A program made the position numbers and the translations under genes. The notes under the pieces were generated by a model. The model saw only the letters and a program-made list of their open reading frames with translations, had not been told where the DNA came from and ran no database searches. A stretch of 50,408 nucleotides of DNA from Chloroflexota bacterium (lineage in GTDB: Bacteria > Chloroflexota > Dehalococcoidia > Lucifugimonadales > Australimonadaceae), in the NCBI GenBank assembly GCA_022561985.1, contig JADFQE010000004.1, positions 1-50,408 on the forward strand. Reading direction: 5' to 3'. How positions within the stretch are numbered: position 1 is the first letter of the stretch; the number at the start of each line of letters is the position of its first letter. This document shows, one piece after another, positions 10,314 through 20,113 of the stretch.

Positions 10314-10925
10314 CTAAGCCGAGATCGTTCCCTTGGTGCTCGGCACCTGGCCGGACGCGCGCGGGTCGAGCTCCACGGCATCCCGCAGCGCCTTGGCCAG
10401 CGCCTTGAAGGTCGCCTCCGCCTTGTGGTGCGCGTTGACGCCCGAGAGCACCGTCGCGTGCAGCGTCAGGCGTGCCTCCGTGGCGAAGGATTCGAGGAAG
10501 TGGCGCACGAGGTCCCCCGGCAGGTCGCCGATGGTCGTGCCGCTGATGCCGAGCTCGACCGTGGCGTGCCCGCGGCCGCTGATATCAAGCGCCACGCGAG
10601 CGAGCGCCTCGTCCAGCGGGACGAGCGCGTGGCCCATGCGCCGGATGCCGGCGCCGTCGCCGATGGCGTCCGCGAAGGCGCGCCCGAGCGCGATGCCGCA
10701 GTCTTCCACCGTGTGGTGCCAGCCGGTCTGCGCGGCGTCGCCCTTCGCCTTGATGTCGAGGTCGATCAGGCCGTGGCGGCAGAGCTGGCTCAGCAGGTGG
10801 TCCAGCATGCCGTTGCCCGTGTCGATGCTGGCGCGGCCGGTGCCGTCGAGGCCGATGGTCACGGACACGTCGGTCTCGCCGGTGGTGCGTTTGTAGGTGC
10901 CGGTGCGGCTCGTCATGGGGCTCAT
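10314..10925 (-). CDS. hisB: Imidazoleglycerol-phosphate dehydratase
   Basis: RTTGETD, HHTVEDCGI, PLDEAL, NAHHKAEATFKA, PSTKG. ATGA overlap with hisC. Confidence 0.96.
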   Translation of the reverse strand: MSPMTSRTGTYKRTTGETDVSVTIGLDGTGRASIDTGNGMLDHLLSQLCRHGLIDLDIKAKGDAAQTGWHHTVEDCGIALGRAFADAIGDGAGIRRMGHALVPLDEALARVALDISGRGHATVELGISGTTIGDLPGDLVRHFLESFATEARLTLHATVLSGVNAHHKAEATFKALAKALRDAVELDPRASGQVPSTKGTISA

Positions 10926-12025
10926 GCCTGCAGCGCTTCGGTGAGCGCCGCGATCAAGCGGTCGGTGTCCGATGGCGTGCCCGCGCTGATCCGTAGATAG
11001 TCGGCCAGCACGCCGCGCGCGTAGTATCGCACGAAGACGCCGCGCCGAGCGAGGCGTTCGTGCACGTCCCTGGCCTTCCCGCTGGGCAGACGGCAGAGGA
11101 TGAAATTGGCTTCGGAGGGCAGCGGCGTGATGCCGGGGATGGCCTCCAGCAGCCCGTGCATGCGGGTGCGCTCGGCGACGATGAGGCGCACGCGCTCCAT
11201 CAGCGCATCGGCATCGGCCAGCGACGCGAGCAGCGCGGCCTCGGCCGCCTGATTCACGTTGTAGGGGGGCTTGGCGCGCATCAGGACCTCGGCGAGCTCC
11301 ACGTCCATGAGCCCGTACCCGACGCGCAGCCCGGCGAGCCCCGCCCACTTGCTCATGGTCCGCAGCACGACGAGGTTCGAGCGCTCGGGGACCAGCGAGG
11401 CCACGCTCGCCCCGCCGAACTCGGCGTACGCCTCGTCCACGATCACCAGGCAGCCGGAGCCCAGCAGCCGCTCGATGTCCTCCCGGGGCGTCAGATTGCC
11501 CGATGGGTTGTTGGGCGACGCGATGGCGATGATCTTCGCGCCCTGATCGCGGGCGGCCGCGAGCACGCCGTCGACGTCCACGCGGAAACCGTCGTCGCGC
11601 TCGACGGCGACGATGCGCCCGCCGCACACCTGCGCGGTGAACTCGTACATGCCGAAGGTCGGCACGCTGTTCACCACGGCGTCCCCCGGCCCGAGCACCG
11701 CACGGAAAAGCAGGTCGATGATCTCGTCGCTGCCGTTGCCGACGACCACGTGCTCGGGCGCGAGCCCGATGTAGCGGCCGACCGCCGCGCGCATGGCCCC
11801 CTGGGCCGGGTCGGGGTACAGGTGGGCGTCCTTCATCGACGCGAGGGCGTCCGCGACCTTGCTCGATGGGCCGTAGGGGTTCTCGTTGGCATCGAGCTTC
11901 ACGAGCTCCGAAGCGGGGATGCCGGCACGCTCGGCCAGCACCTCCGGCGGGTCGACCGCCTCGTAGCCATCGAGCGAGCGCAGGTGAGGCAGGACGAGGT
12001 CGATCGAGCGACGTTGCCCGGCCAT
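10922..12025 (-). CDS. hisC: Histidinol-phosphate aminotransferase
   Basis: LDANENP, GNGSDE, SPNNPSG, DEAYAEF, RTMSKWAGLAGLRVGY. Confidence 0.95.
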   Translation of the reverse strand: MAGQRRSIDLVLPHLRSLDGYEAVDPPEVLAERAGIPASELVKLDANENPYGPSSKVADALASMKDAHLYPDPAQGAMRAAVGRYIGLAPEHVVVGNGSDEIIDLLFRAVLGPGDAVVNSVPTFGMYEFTAQVCGGRIVAVERDDGFRVDVDGVLAAARDQGAKIIAIASPNNPSGNLTPREDIERLLGSGCLVIVDEAYAEFGGASVASLVPERSNLVVLRTMSKWAGLAGLRVGYGLMDVELAEVLMRAKPPYNVNQAAEAALLASLADADALMERVRLIVAERTRMHGLLEAIPGITPLPSEANFILCRLPSGKARDVHERLARRGVFVRYYARGVLADYLRISAGTPSDTDRLIAALTEALQA

Positions 12026-13374
12026 CAGCGCACCCCTTCTTCAGGGGCCGCCGGCGTTCGGAGCGCGCTCTTGCCCTCGAGCCGGAGCTCGACCGCGCGG
12101 GCGTGCGCCGTCAGCCCCTCGACCCGGGCAAGCGCGGCCGCCGCAGGTCCTATTTGCGTAAGCGTAGCTTGACTCAGTCGCACAACAGGCTGGTAGCGCA
12201 AGAATGTGTGGACGCCGAGGCTGGAGGCGAAACGCGCCGTCCCCCCCGTTGGCATGACGTGGCTGGGGCCCGCGACGTAGTCGCCGAGGACCTCCGCCGA
12301 GTGGTCGCCGACGAAGATGCCGCCCGCGTTGCGGACCGCATCCACATACGAAGGCGCGTCGCGCACCAGCAGGCACAGGTGCTCCGGAGCGAAAGCGTTG
12401 GCGAGCTCGATCGCCTCCCCGACGCTCCCGGCGACCACCGCCATGCCGTTCCCCTCGACCGCCGCGGAGGCGATGGCCCGCCGGTCGAGCGTTGCGAGCT
12501 GGCGGCCGACCTCGGCCACGATGCGCTCTGCCACGCCCTCATCGGTCGCGATGAGGATCGGCGAGGCCAGCTCGTCGTGCTCGGCCTGCGCCAGCAGGTC
12601 GGCCGCCGCGATGACGGGGTCGGCGCTCTCGTCGGCGATGACCAACGTCTCGGTGGGGCCGTAGAGGCCGTCGATGTCCACCTGGCCGTAGACCTCCCGC
12701 TTCGCGATGGACACGAAGACGTTGCCCGGCCCGCAGATCTTATCGACCCGCGGCACGCTGTCCGTGCCGTAGGCCAGCGCACCGATGGCCTGCGCACCGC
12801 CGACCGCGAACAGCCGGTCGGCGCCCGCGAGCGCCGCCGCCGCGAGCGTCGCTGCGCTCGGGTCCGGCGTGCAGACGACGACCTCGGGCACGCCCGCGAC
12901 CTTCGCTGGGATCACGGACATCAGCACCGTGGAGGGGTACGACGCGGAGCCGCCGGGGACATAGAGCCCCACGCGCTCGATGGGCACCGGCCGCAGGCCG
13001 TAGCCGGCCTCGGCGTCCTCCCAGGCGCGCGGCATCGACGCCTCGGCGTAGGCGCGGATGCGGTCTGCCGCGACGCGCATCGCGTCTTCCACGCCGCCTG
13101 GAAGCTCGCGGAGCGCCTGCGCCCAGGCGGCCTGCGGGATCTCGAGCTCGCGCCGGTCGTCGCCGTCGATGCGCTTGGCGTAGTCGCGGACGGCATCGTC
13201 GCCCCGCTCGCGGACGTCGGCCAGGATGCGCCGGACGGCCTCGGTGGCCGTCAGCGGCTCACCGAAGATGGCCTCGGTGCGCTTGGCGGCGGCCGGCCCC
13301 AGCACCGGCTCCACGTACGCGGGCCGCCGCGTCAGCAGCGCGCGTGCCTCCTCGATGTCGGTGATGATGCGCAT
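12025..13374 (-). CDS. hisD: Histidinol dehydrogenase
   Basis: GLYVPGG, GGAQAIGALAYG, GPGNVFV, LLAQAEHD, APEHL, GDYVAGPSHVMPT. Confidence 0.96.
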   Translation of the reverse strand: MRIITDIEEARALLTRRPAYVEPVLGPAAAKRTEAIFGEPLTATEAVRRILADVRERGDDAVRDYAKRIDGDDRRELEIPQAAWAQALRELPGGVEDAMRVAADRIRAYAEASMPRAWEDAEAGYGLRPVPIERVGLYVPGGSASYPSTVLMSVIPAKVAGVPEVVVCTPDPSAATLAAAALAGADRLFAVGGAQAIGALAYGTDSVPRVDKICGPGNVFVSIAKREVYGQVDIDGLYGPTETLVIADESADPVIAAADLLAQAEHDELASPILIATDEGVAERIVAEVGRQLATLDRRAIASAAVEGNGMAVVAGSVGEAIELANAFAPEHLCLLVRDAPSYVDAVRNAGGIFVGDHSAEVLGDYVAGPSHVMPTGGTARFASSLGVHTFLRYQPVVRLSQATLTQIGPAAAALARVEGLTAHARAVELRLEGKSALRTPAAPEEGVR

Positions 13375-14420
13375 CACCCAAGCCCCAGCTCCCGGAGCAG
13401 GGCGGCGTAGGCGGCGCTCTCCCCTCCGAAGACGTAGTCGGCACTCGACACAGTGACCGACGCGCCGCCGATCGACCGGAAGTGGTCGACGACGGCTGTT
13501 AGGTCGGAGCGGCGGACGTACACCGTCACCGAGAAAAACGTCCTGCCGTCCGGGGCGTAGACGCGCGCGATGGTCGGGCCGTGCAGGCCGGCGGTCTCCG
13601 GCCGCTCCAGGACCTTCGCGGCGACCTCCTCCTCGCTCCTGCCCTCGACGTTCGCCGCGGCGCGCACGTACCCCGCCGCGGCCTGGTGGGCCTCGATGCG
13701 CTCGATGATCTCGCGCGCGATGGAGAGGCGGCCGGCGTGGCGCTTGAGCAGCGTGCGGTTGCCGACCAGCGCGCCCTCGGACGTGAGCACGGTGCCGTCG
13801 TCGAGGCGCCGCAGGTGGTTCTCGCGGAGCGTCACGCCGCTCGCCGAGATGTCCGCGATGACGTCGGCATAGCCCATGGCGGGCGCCGCCTCCAGCGTGC
13901 CGGTGACCGCGGCCATGCTGAAGTAGTTCACGCCGTGGCCGAACAGGTACCGGCCGACCAGGCGTGGGTACTTGGTCGCCACCCGCAGCTCCCGGCCGCT
14001 CTCGCGGAACTCGACGGAGAGATCGGCCAGGTCGGCCATGGAGTCGACGTCCATCCACGTATCCGGCACCGCGATCACCAGGTCGCACGCGCCGAAACCG
14101 AGGCCGTCGAGGATGAGCAGCGCCTCACCGCCCTCGACCCGTCCCTCGACGTAGCGGTCGTAGCCCACGAGGCCTAAGTCGGCGTTGCCGTCCTCGACCT
14201 TCGATGTGATGTCGGCGGTCCGCTGGAAGATGACCTCCAGCCCGTCGATCGCCGGGATCGAGGCCGTGTAGCGCCGGGCGCTCGGGCGCACCACGGGCAT
14301 GCCGCACTCCGCGAGGAAGCGCAGCGTCGGCTCGTACATCTCGCCGTCGCTGGGGACGGCAAGGCGCAGCCCGCCGTTGGAACGCTCCCCGTTAAACGTT
14401 CTTCTCTGCGACTTTGCCAT
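13374..14420 (-). CDS. hisG: ATP phosphoribosyltransferase, long form with C-terminal domain
   Basis: LGFGACDL, VATKYPRL, GTLEAAP, ADISASGVTLRENHL, plus ~90-aa C-terminal extension (GLHGPTIARVY). Confidence 0.92.
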   Translation of the reverse strand: MAKSQRRTFNGERSNGGLRLAVPSDGEMYEPTLRFLAECGMPVVRPSARRYTASIPAIDGLEVIFQRTADITSKVEDGNADLGLVGYDRYVEGRVEGGEALLILDGLGFGACDLVIAVPDTWMDVDSMADLADLSVEFRESGRELRVATKYPRLVGRYLFGHGVNYFSMAAVTGTLEAAPAMGYADVIADISASGVTLRENHLRRLDDGTVLTSEGALVGNRTLLKRHAGRLSIAREIIERIEAHQAAAGYVRAAANVEGRSEEEVAAKVLERPETAGLHGPTIARVYAPDGRTFFSVTVYVRRSDLTAVVDHFRSIGGASVTVSSADYVFGGESAAYAALLRELGLG

Positions 14421-15804
14421 CTTGTCCCACCCGCATCACCGTCTGTATCCCCCGCGCCTGGGCCAGCTTCGCCACCTCGGCGTCCGAGCGCCCGGAGAGC
14501 TCGAGCTCGGCGGGGATGCCCTGCGCGCGCAGCCGCTCCGCCAGGGCGACGGCCTGCTCGGCCGAACCCTCCTGCTGCACGACCAGCACGCGCTGCTGGC
14601 CGCCCATCTCATCGGCCCCGAACCCGGCCGGCAGCAGGTCGGCGATGCGCTCCACGGCGTAGGCGAAGCCCAGCGCCGGGACGTCGCGCCTGCCGCCGAG
14701 TGCGGTCACCAGGCCGTCGTACCGTCCGCCACCGCCCAGCCACGGCGCGCTCTTGACCCTCGTGTGCTCGATGTCGAAGACGACGCCGGTGTAGTACGCG
14801 ATGCCGCGGGCCATCCCGAAGTCGAGCACGACGGGCACGCCCTTCAGGTCGTAGGGGGCCAGCGCGGCCAGCAGGTCGTCGACCGGCGCAAGCAACCCCG
14901 CATCGAGGCCGTAGCGGTCCAGGAGCTTGCGGAGCTTCGGCAGCACGCGTCCGGCGGGGCCGGAGAGCGCGACCAGCTCCTGAGAGAAGCGCAGCGACCG
15001 CTCGACGATCTCGGGGACGCCGGCCTCGCGGAGCTTCTTCAGGTAGCGGCGGAATATCTCCTCCGGCGTCCGCTGCCCGGTGATGCCGTCGATGCCCTGG
15101 CCCAGGAACCCCTCCACCATGTCCTCGGCGTCCTCCGGCGCCATCCGGCGGGCGAGCTGCGTGATGCGGCGGTTGCCTTCGGACGGGAGCAGCCCCATCT
15201 CCAGCGCGCGCGCCCGCACCGCGTCGAGGCCCTGCGGCCCGCTCGCCAGCTCCTCGAAGCTGCCCAGGACGAACACGCGGGCGCGCTCGGAGAGGCCGAG
15301 GGCGTCCAGCAGGGCGTTCACGACGCCGATGTGCCCGATCCGCAGCCGGTGGCCCTTCACGCCGAGCGCCGTGAGCCCCTGCGCGGCGAGCGCGATCACC
15401 TCCGCGTCGGCCACGGCCCCGCCCGCCCCAACGAGCTCGGCTCCGAGCTGCTGGAACTCGGAGCCGCCGCCCGAGCCATCGGCCGCCTCGCCCTCGTAGC
15501 GGAACACGGGCCCGCAGTACTGCCACCGCTGCGGCATCGGGCCCTTCAGCGCGCCGTCCACGATCCCCTGCACCACCGACGACGTGAACTCGGGGCGCAG
15601 GCTGACACGCCGGCCGCTGGGGTCCACGAAGCTGTACATCCTGGCGGCAAGCTCCCCGCCCGACTTGCGGAGGAAGAGATCGGTGCTCTCCAGGATCGGC
15701 GTCGTGACGGTCTGGTACCCCCGCCGGTCGAGGAAGCGCTCCAGCCGCTCGCGGATGGTCACCAACCGCCGCCAGCGCGCCGGCGAATAGTCTCGAAGGG
15801 ACAT
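14392..15804 (-). CDS. hisZ: HisZ / HisRS-like ATP-PRT regulatory subunit
   Basis: TPILE, LRPEFTSS, GPVFRYE, EFQQLGAE, RGIAYYTG, GGGRYDGL; degenerate motif-2 loop; first gene of the his operon. Confidence 0.75.
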   Translation of the reverse strand: MSLRDYSPARWRRLVTIRERLERFLDRRGYQTVTTPILESTDLFLRKSGGELAARMYSFVDPSGRRVSLRPEFTSSVVQGIVDGALKGPMPQRWQYCGPVFRYEGEAADGSGGGSEFQQLGAELVGAGGAVADAEVIALAAQGLTALGVKGHRLRIGHIGVVNALLDALGLSERARVFVLGSFEELASGPQGLDAVRARALEMGLLPSEGNRRITQLARRMAPEDAEDMVEGFLGQGIDGITGQRTPEEIFRRYLKKLREAGVPEIVERSLRFSQELVALSGPAGRVLPKLRKLLDRYGLDAGLLAPVDDLLAALAPYDLKGVPVVLDFGMARGIAYYTGVVFDIEHTRVKSAPWLGGGGRYDGLVTALGGRRDVPALGFAYAVERIADLLPAGFGADEMGGQQRVLVVQQEGSAEQAVALAERLRAQGIPAELELSGRSDAEVAKLAQARGIQTVMRVGQDGKVAEKNV

Positions 15805-15830
15805 CACATCTTCTCTCCACAAGGGCACCG

Positions 15831-15852
15831 CAAGGGCACCGCCCTTGACCCA
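15831..15852. repeat. REP-like palindromic repeat, copy 1 (CAAGGGCACCGCCCTTGACCCA)
   Basis: Hairpin CAAGGGC-ACC-GCCCTTG followed by ACCCA; an 11-bp partial tandem copy lies at 15820-15830. Confidence 0.65.
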
Positions 15853-15929
15853 TAAGAGGGGAGCGGCGCGAGCGACGTCGACCGTCTCCGGCCCACCAGC
15901 GTCACGCCCCGTGCCGCAGGCGGCGGCCT

Positions 15930-15938
15930 ATTGTACCA
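15930..15938 (-). promoter_or_regulatory. Extended -10 promoter (TGGTACAAT) for the his operon
   Basis: TGn-TACAAT on the minus strand ~125 bp upstream of hisZ. Confidence 0.5.
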
Positions 15939-15943
15939 CCACG

Positions 15944-15971
15944 AGGGCACAGCCCTGGACCCACTCGCCAG
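15944..15971. repeat. REP-like palindromic repeat, copy 2
   Basis: AGGGCACAGCCCTGGACCCACTCGCCAG; 27/28 identical to the reverse complement of 32900-32927. Confidence 0.75.
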
Positions 15972-15984
15972 ACGGGGCGCTCCC

Positions 15985-16758
15985 CTACCCCGCCAGCGTC
16001 ACGTCGCCCTCGTCGAGGGCGTGCAGCACGCCGTCGTCCGTCCGCAGCAGCAGCCGGCCCGCCGCATCGACGTCCTCCGCCAGGCCGGAGAGCGTGGCGT
16101 TGCTCCCACGTACCCTGACGCTGACGCGCCGCCCGAGCGTGTCGATGGCCTCCCGCCAGCGTGCGATGAGTGCGGCCGGCTCGGCGCCGCCATACCAAGC
16201 GTCCAGGCTGGCGAAGAGCGCGTCGCCCGCCGTGCGCAGGTCGATCGAGCGCCCCGTCTCGGCGAGGAGGCTCGTGGCGGTGGCGGCGAGCTCGGGGTGC
16301 TCTGCAACGTCGAGGCTCACGTTGAGACCGATGCCGAGGACAGCGACACCGGCGCCGGTGGTGCCCGTGGCGTAGATGCGTCCCTCGGCAAGCACGCCGC
16401 AGAGCTTGCGGCCGTCCACCTGCACGTCGTTCGGCCACTTGATGGCGCAGCGGAGACCGCACAGCTCGCGGACCGCGTCGCGGACGGCCAGACAGCCGAT
16501 GATGGTGAGCAGCGGCGCGGTGGAAGCACTCGGACGCAGGACGACGGAGGCCAGCAGCGAGTCGCCCGAGACCCACTCGCGGTCGAAGCGGCCGCGCCCG
16601 TGGGTCTGCGTCCCGGCGACCACGCACGTGCCGTGGGCGGCCCCCGCCTCGGCCAGCTCCCACGCGACGTCCATGGTGGAGCCGACGCTCCGGTAGCCGT
16701 ACTCGTGGTGGCCGATGACGGCCGGCGGCCTGAATCGCTCCCAGTCGGGTCGTGGCAT
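15985..16758 (-). CDS. birA: Biotin-protein ligase without N-terminal HTH
   Basis: GSTMD, QTHGRGRFDREW, IKWPNDV, KLCGVLAE, LGIGLNV, EGDV. Confidence 0.93.
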   Translation of the reverse strand: MPRPDWERFRPPAVIGHHEYGYRSVGSTMDVAWELAEAGAAHGTCVVAGTQTHGRGRFDREWVSGDSLLASVVLRPSASTAPLLTIIGCLAVRDAVRELCGLRCAIKWPNDVQVDGRKLCGVLAEGRIYATGTTGAGVAVLGIGLNVSLDVAEHPELAATATSLLAETGRSIDLRTAGDALFASLDAWYGGAEPAALIARWREAIDTLGRRVSVRVRGSNATLSGLAEDVDAAGRLLLRTDDGVLHALDEGDVTLAG

Positions 16759-16821
16759 GGGGGGATTGTAGCGGTCCTGAGCGGCCCTGGCCCGAAGGCT
16801 GCAGCCTGCTAGGATGCCGCC

Positions 16822-18102
16822 GTGGACCTCTCCCGCCTCCTCTCTCCCTTCCGGGGCGCCATCGGCCCCGGGATGCTCCCGGTCTTTCTCATGTTCTTCT
16901 TCTGGGGATTCGGCACGGGCGGCCTCTGGCTGGCGCGCCCGCTCGTCGCCTACCAGGTCGGAGGATCGTTCCTGCTGGTGGCCCTCGTCTCCGCGGCCAG
17001 CGCCGCACCGCGGGTGATCGCGGGCCCGGTCGCCGGCTACCTGACGGACCGCTTCGGCAGGCGGCCGTTCATCGTGCTGGGCGCCGTGCTGCACATCGTG
17101 GCACTCGTCGGCCAGTTCTCCTCGGAGAGCTACATCGGCTTCCTGCTGCTGGAGGTCGTCGGGGGCACCGGCATCGCCGTCTGGATGACGAGCTCCAGCG
17201 CGCTGCTGGCGGATTCCACCGAGGTCGAGACGCGCGGGCGGGTCGTCGCGCTGCGCGCCTCGGCGTCGCGGGCCGGCGTGCTCGCCGGGCCGGTGGTCGG
17301 CGGCATCGTGGCGAGCCTGCTCACGCTGCGCCACGTCTTCCTGTTCATCGCGCTCACGAAGCTCATCGTCATCGCCATCACGCTGCTGCTCATCCGCGAG
17401 AGGCGCCGGCGGCCCGAGCCCGGCGTGCGGCCCGGCGTGCGTCTGGGCGCCCTGCCCCGCTGGCGCATGCCGAAGGTCGATCTGTCGATGTACCGCACGC
17501 GCGCCTTCCTGGCGCTCTCCATCGGTGCGATGGCCGTCGGCGGCGTGCTCGGAGGGACGGGCGCATTCAGAACGCTGTTCCCGGTCCAGGCCGCGGAGGG
17601 CGCGGGCCTCGGCGAGGTGGGGATCGGGAACCTGATCGCCATCGCGGGGCTGCTGGCGCTGGCCGCCTCGTTCCCGGCGGGGATGGCCGCGGACCGTATC
17701 GGACGCAAGCGGCCGCTCATCTTCGGGCTCCTGGGCGCCGCGCTGGGCGTGTGGCTCATGGCGGACATGAGCAGCTTCGGGACCGCGCTCCTGGCGGTGG
17801 CCGTCTTCGGGACCGCGGAGGCCTTCGCCACCGGAACGATCATGGTCTACGCCATGGACCTCGCCCCCGAGGACCGGCGCGGCGCATTCCTGGGCGCGTG
17901 GCAGCTCTCCATGAACGTCGGCCAGATGGCCGGACCGCTCGCGATCGGCGCCATCGCGGACGCCCGGGGGTTCCCGGCCGCCTTCGCCACCGTGGCCGTG
18001 GCCCTGGTCGTCGGCGCGGCGATGATCGCCGTTCTCGGTACCGAGACCCGCCGGGCCCGCCGCTATAATGATGGGGCCCCACGCACCAGGGACGGCCCCT
18101 GA
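16822..18102 (+). CDS. MFS transporter
   Basis: About 12 hydrophobic helices; motif A GYLTDRFGRR and GMAADRIGRK. Confidence 0.9.
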   Translation: MDLSRLLSPFRGAIGPGMLPVFLMFFFWGFGTGGLWLARPLVAYQVGGSFLLVALVSAASAAPRVIAGPVAGYLTDRFGRRPFIVLGAVLHIVALVGQFSSESYIGFLLLEVVGGTGIAVWMTSSSALLADSTEVETRGRVVALRASASRAGVLAGPVVGGIVASLLTLRHVFLFIALTKLIVIAITLLLIRERRRRPEPGVRPGVRLGALPRWRMPKVDLSMYRTRAFLALSIGAMAVGGVLGGTGAFRTLFPVQAAEGAGLGEVGIGNLIAIAGLLALAASFPAGMAADRIGRKRPLIFGLLGAALGVWLMADMSSFGTALLAVAVFGTAEAFATGTIMVYAMDLAPEDRRGAFLGAWQLSMNVGQMAGPLAIGAIADARGFPAAFATVAVALVVGAAMIAVLGTETRRARRYNDGAPRTRDGP

Positions 18103-18115
18103 GGAGGACGAGAGC

Positions 18116-18577
18116 ATGTCGAAGGTCGAGGACAAGCTAGCCGAGCTCGGGCTCGAGCTCCCGGAGGCCGTGCCCCCCGTGGGCAGCTACATCGTGGCGT
18201 ACCGGTCGGGGAACCTCGTGTTCACCTCGGCCGTCGGGCCGCGCTCAGCCGACGGCAGCATCACCGGCGTGCTCGGCGCCGACTGCACGGTGGAGCAGGG
18301 CTACGAGGCCGCGCGCCGCACGTGCCTGCGTATCCTGACCAACGTGAAGAGCATCGTCGGCGACCTGGACCGCGTCTCGCACGTCGTCAAGGTCTTCGGT
18401 ATGGTGCAGTCGACGCCTGAGTTCACCCAGTACGGGCAGGTGGTCAACGGCTGCTCCGACCTGCTGGTGGAGATCTACGGCGAGGCGGGCAAGCACGCCC
18501 GGACGTCCATGGGCGTGGCCCACAACCCCTTCGACGGTACGGTGTCGATCGACGCGATCTTCGAGGTCCGGGACTAG
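18116..18577 (+). CDS. RidA/YjgF family protein
   Basis: GNLVFTS, VVKVFGMV, VNGCSDLL, GKHARTSMG; GAGGAGG RBS. Confidence 0.88.
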   Translation: MSKVEDKLAELGLELPEAVPPVGSYIVAYRSGNLVFTSAVGPRSADGSITGVLGADCTVEQGYEAARRTCLRILTNVKSIVGDLDRVSHVVKVFGMVQSTPEFTQYGQVVNGCSDLLVEIYGEAGKHARTSMGVAHNPFDGTVSIDAIFEVRD

Positions 18578-18588
18578 GGCCGGAGCGA

Positions 18589-18663
18589 GCGGGAGTAGCT
18601 CAGCGGTAGAGCTCCTGCCTTCCAAGCAGGAAGTCGAGGGTTCGAATCCCTTCTCCCGCTCCA
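18589..18663 (+). tRNA. tRNA-Gly (anticodon TCC), CCA encoded
   Basis: GCGGGAG/TTCTCCCGC acceptor region, D arm TAGCTCAGCGGTAGAGC, anticodon arm CCTGC-CTTCCAA-GCAGG, T loop GGTTCGAATCC. Confidence 0.97.
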
Positions 18664-18848
18664 ACGCGCGATAGACCGCTACCCAGCGACCTGCAAGTTC
18701 CGGAAGGGAAGCTGACCATCGGCGGGCCGATGCAGCCGTTCCTGAGCGGCGTGGGGTTGCTGGCCCTGGAGGTCTGTGCCCCAGTCGTCCCGATGCATCT
18801 CGCCATCCACCGCAGCGCGCCCGGAATCATCGGGGAACGGTGGTCAGC

Positions 18849-19919
18849 TCAGACGGCTGCCTGGATCACCGTGACGGACGGCAGGTCCGTGATCAGCGGT
18901 TGCCAGCTTTCGCCCCGGTCTTCGCTCATGTAGACGGCCCCGGAGCCGGGTACGCCCGGGGTGAACCCGAATGCCTGGGACTCGTTACCGAGAGCGGCGA
19001 GCACGGTGTCGGCATCAGTCGGATGGTGGGTCAGCGCATGGGCGAACCATTGGGTCGACTCGGGCAGTCCCCGCGTCGTCACCTGCCAACTGCCGCCGAG
19101 GTCGTTGCTGATGAGGAGCACGCCCTCGGGCCCCGAGGGCCGGTGCCAGAACCCGGGGGAGCCCCTGGAGCCCGCCAGCAGCATGCGGGGCGGACTTCCC
19201 GGGAGGAACAGGAAATCATGGGAGTAGCTGTCCGCCTCGGTATACGCCCAAGGCATCCCCTCTTCCGCACGCTGCCACCCATCGCCGGGGCTGTCCGTCA
19301 CGAAGAATCCCCTCGCAGACGACACGAAGTAGCGGTCCCGACTTCCGGGGTAGTTGGCAAGCACGTGCATGTCCGGATAGACGAGTCCTTCGCTGACATC
19401 GTCCCACGACGCGCCCCCGTCCCGGCTCCGGACGACCCCTCCATGCTCCAGCGTGAGGAAGAGGAGGTCCGCATCGTCAGGATGGATGAAGATATTGCAG
19501 ACGTGGGGCGGGATGCGGCCCAGATGCCTGGCCGGGACGGTCCATTTGGCCGTCACCTCCTCCGGCATCTCCAAGAGCGTGTCGATCGCACGCCAGGATC
19601 GACCCTCGTCGGTGCTGCGGTGCAGTCGTATCGGCCCCGCTCCAGCGTAGATGGTCCGCCGGTCGTGCGGGTCCACCGCGAACGCACGCACGTCCTCATC
19701 GATGACCCGCTCCCACTGGACCCCCCCGTCCGATGAGCGATACGCGCCGTCGTAGGCGACCCCCGCCAGCAGGACGTCCGGGTCGTCAGAGGGCGTGCAC
19801 AGCTTCGTGATGGACTTGCCCTCGAAGGACCTCGCGACGATGCTCGCACGGCCCTCCTCGCAGTCGACGACGAGCAGCCCCACGTGTGTGCCCAAGTACA
19901 GTCTCAGATGCTCGGCCAA
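18849..19919 (-). CDS. BNR/Asp-box beta-propeller protein (Ycf48/sialidase-like fold), no signal peptide
   Basis: Repeated SxDxGxxW boxes (SSDGGVQW, STDEGRSW, SRDGGASW, SNDLGGSW, SEDRGESW); GGAGGTGA RBS before TTG. Confidence 0.8.
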   Translation of the reverse strand: MAEHLRLYLGTHVGLLVVDCEEGRASIVARSFEGKSITKLCTPSDDPDVLLAGVAYDGAYRSSDGGVQWERVIDEDVRAFAVDPHDRRTIYAGAGPIRLHRSTDEGRSWRAIDTLLEMPEEVTAKWTVPARHLGRIPPHVCNIFIHPDDADLLFLTLEHGGVVRSRDGGASWDDVSEGLVYPDMHVLANYPGSRDRYFVSSARGFFVTDSPGDGWQRAEEGMPWAYTEADSYSHDFLFLPGSPPRMLLAGSRGSPGFWHRPSGPEGVLLISNDLGGSWQVTTRGLPESTQWFAHALTHHPTDADTVLAALGNESQAFGFTPGVPGSGAVYMSEDRGESWQPLITDLPSVTVIQAAV

Positions 19920-20113
19920 GGCTCACCTCCATGTGCATCGCTACTGTACTCGCGCGGGGCTCCCCCGGCAAAACCGGTCCGAACGGCTCCCGCCGATGCG
20001 GACGTACCCCTGGCCATCTCGGCCCGCCTCCTCCATCCAGGCCCCATTCCGGATGCCGCCGAAGGCGCGTATAGTGTCGCGCAAGCACGGAACGTGGTGG
20101 CGGAGCGTCAGCC

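Noticed and set aside
15808-15984. His attenuator or T-box leader upstream of hisZ
   Set aside because: No His-codon leader peptide or T-box motif on the minus strand; the hairpins are explained by the dispersed repeat.
18730-18933. Small ORF after the tRNA
   Set aside because: No RBS or motif, and it overlaps the BNR gene end; cannot be supported.
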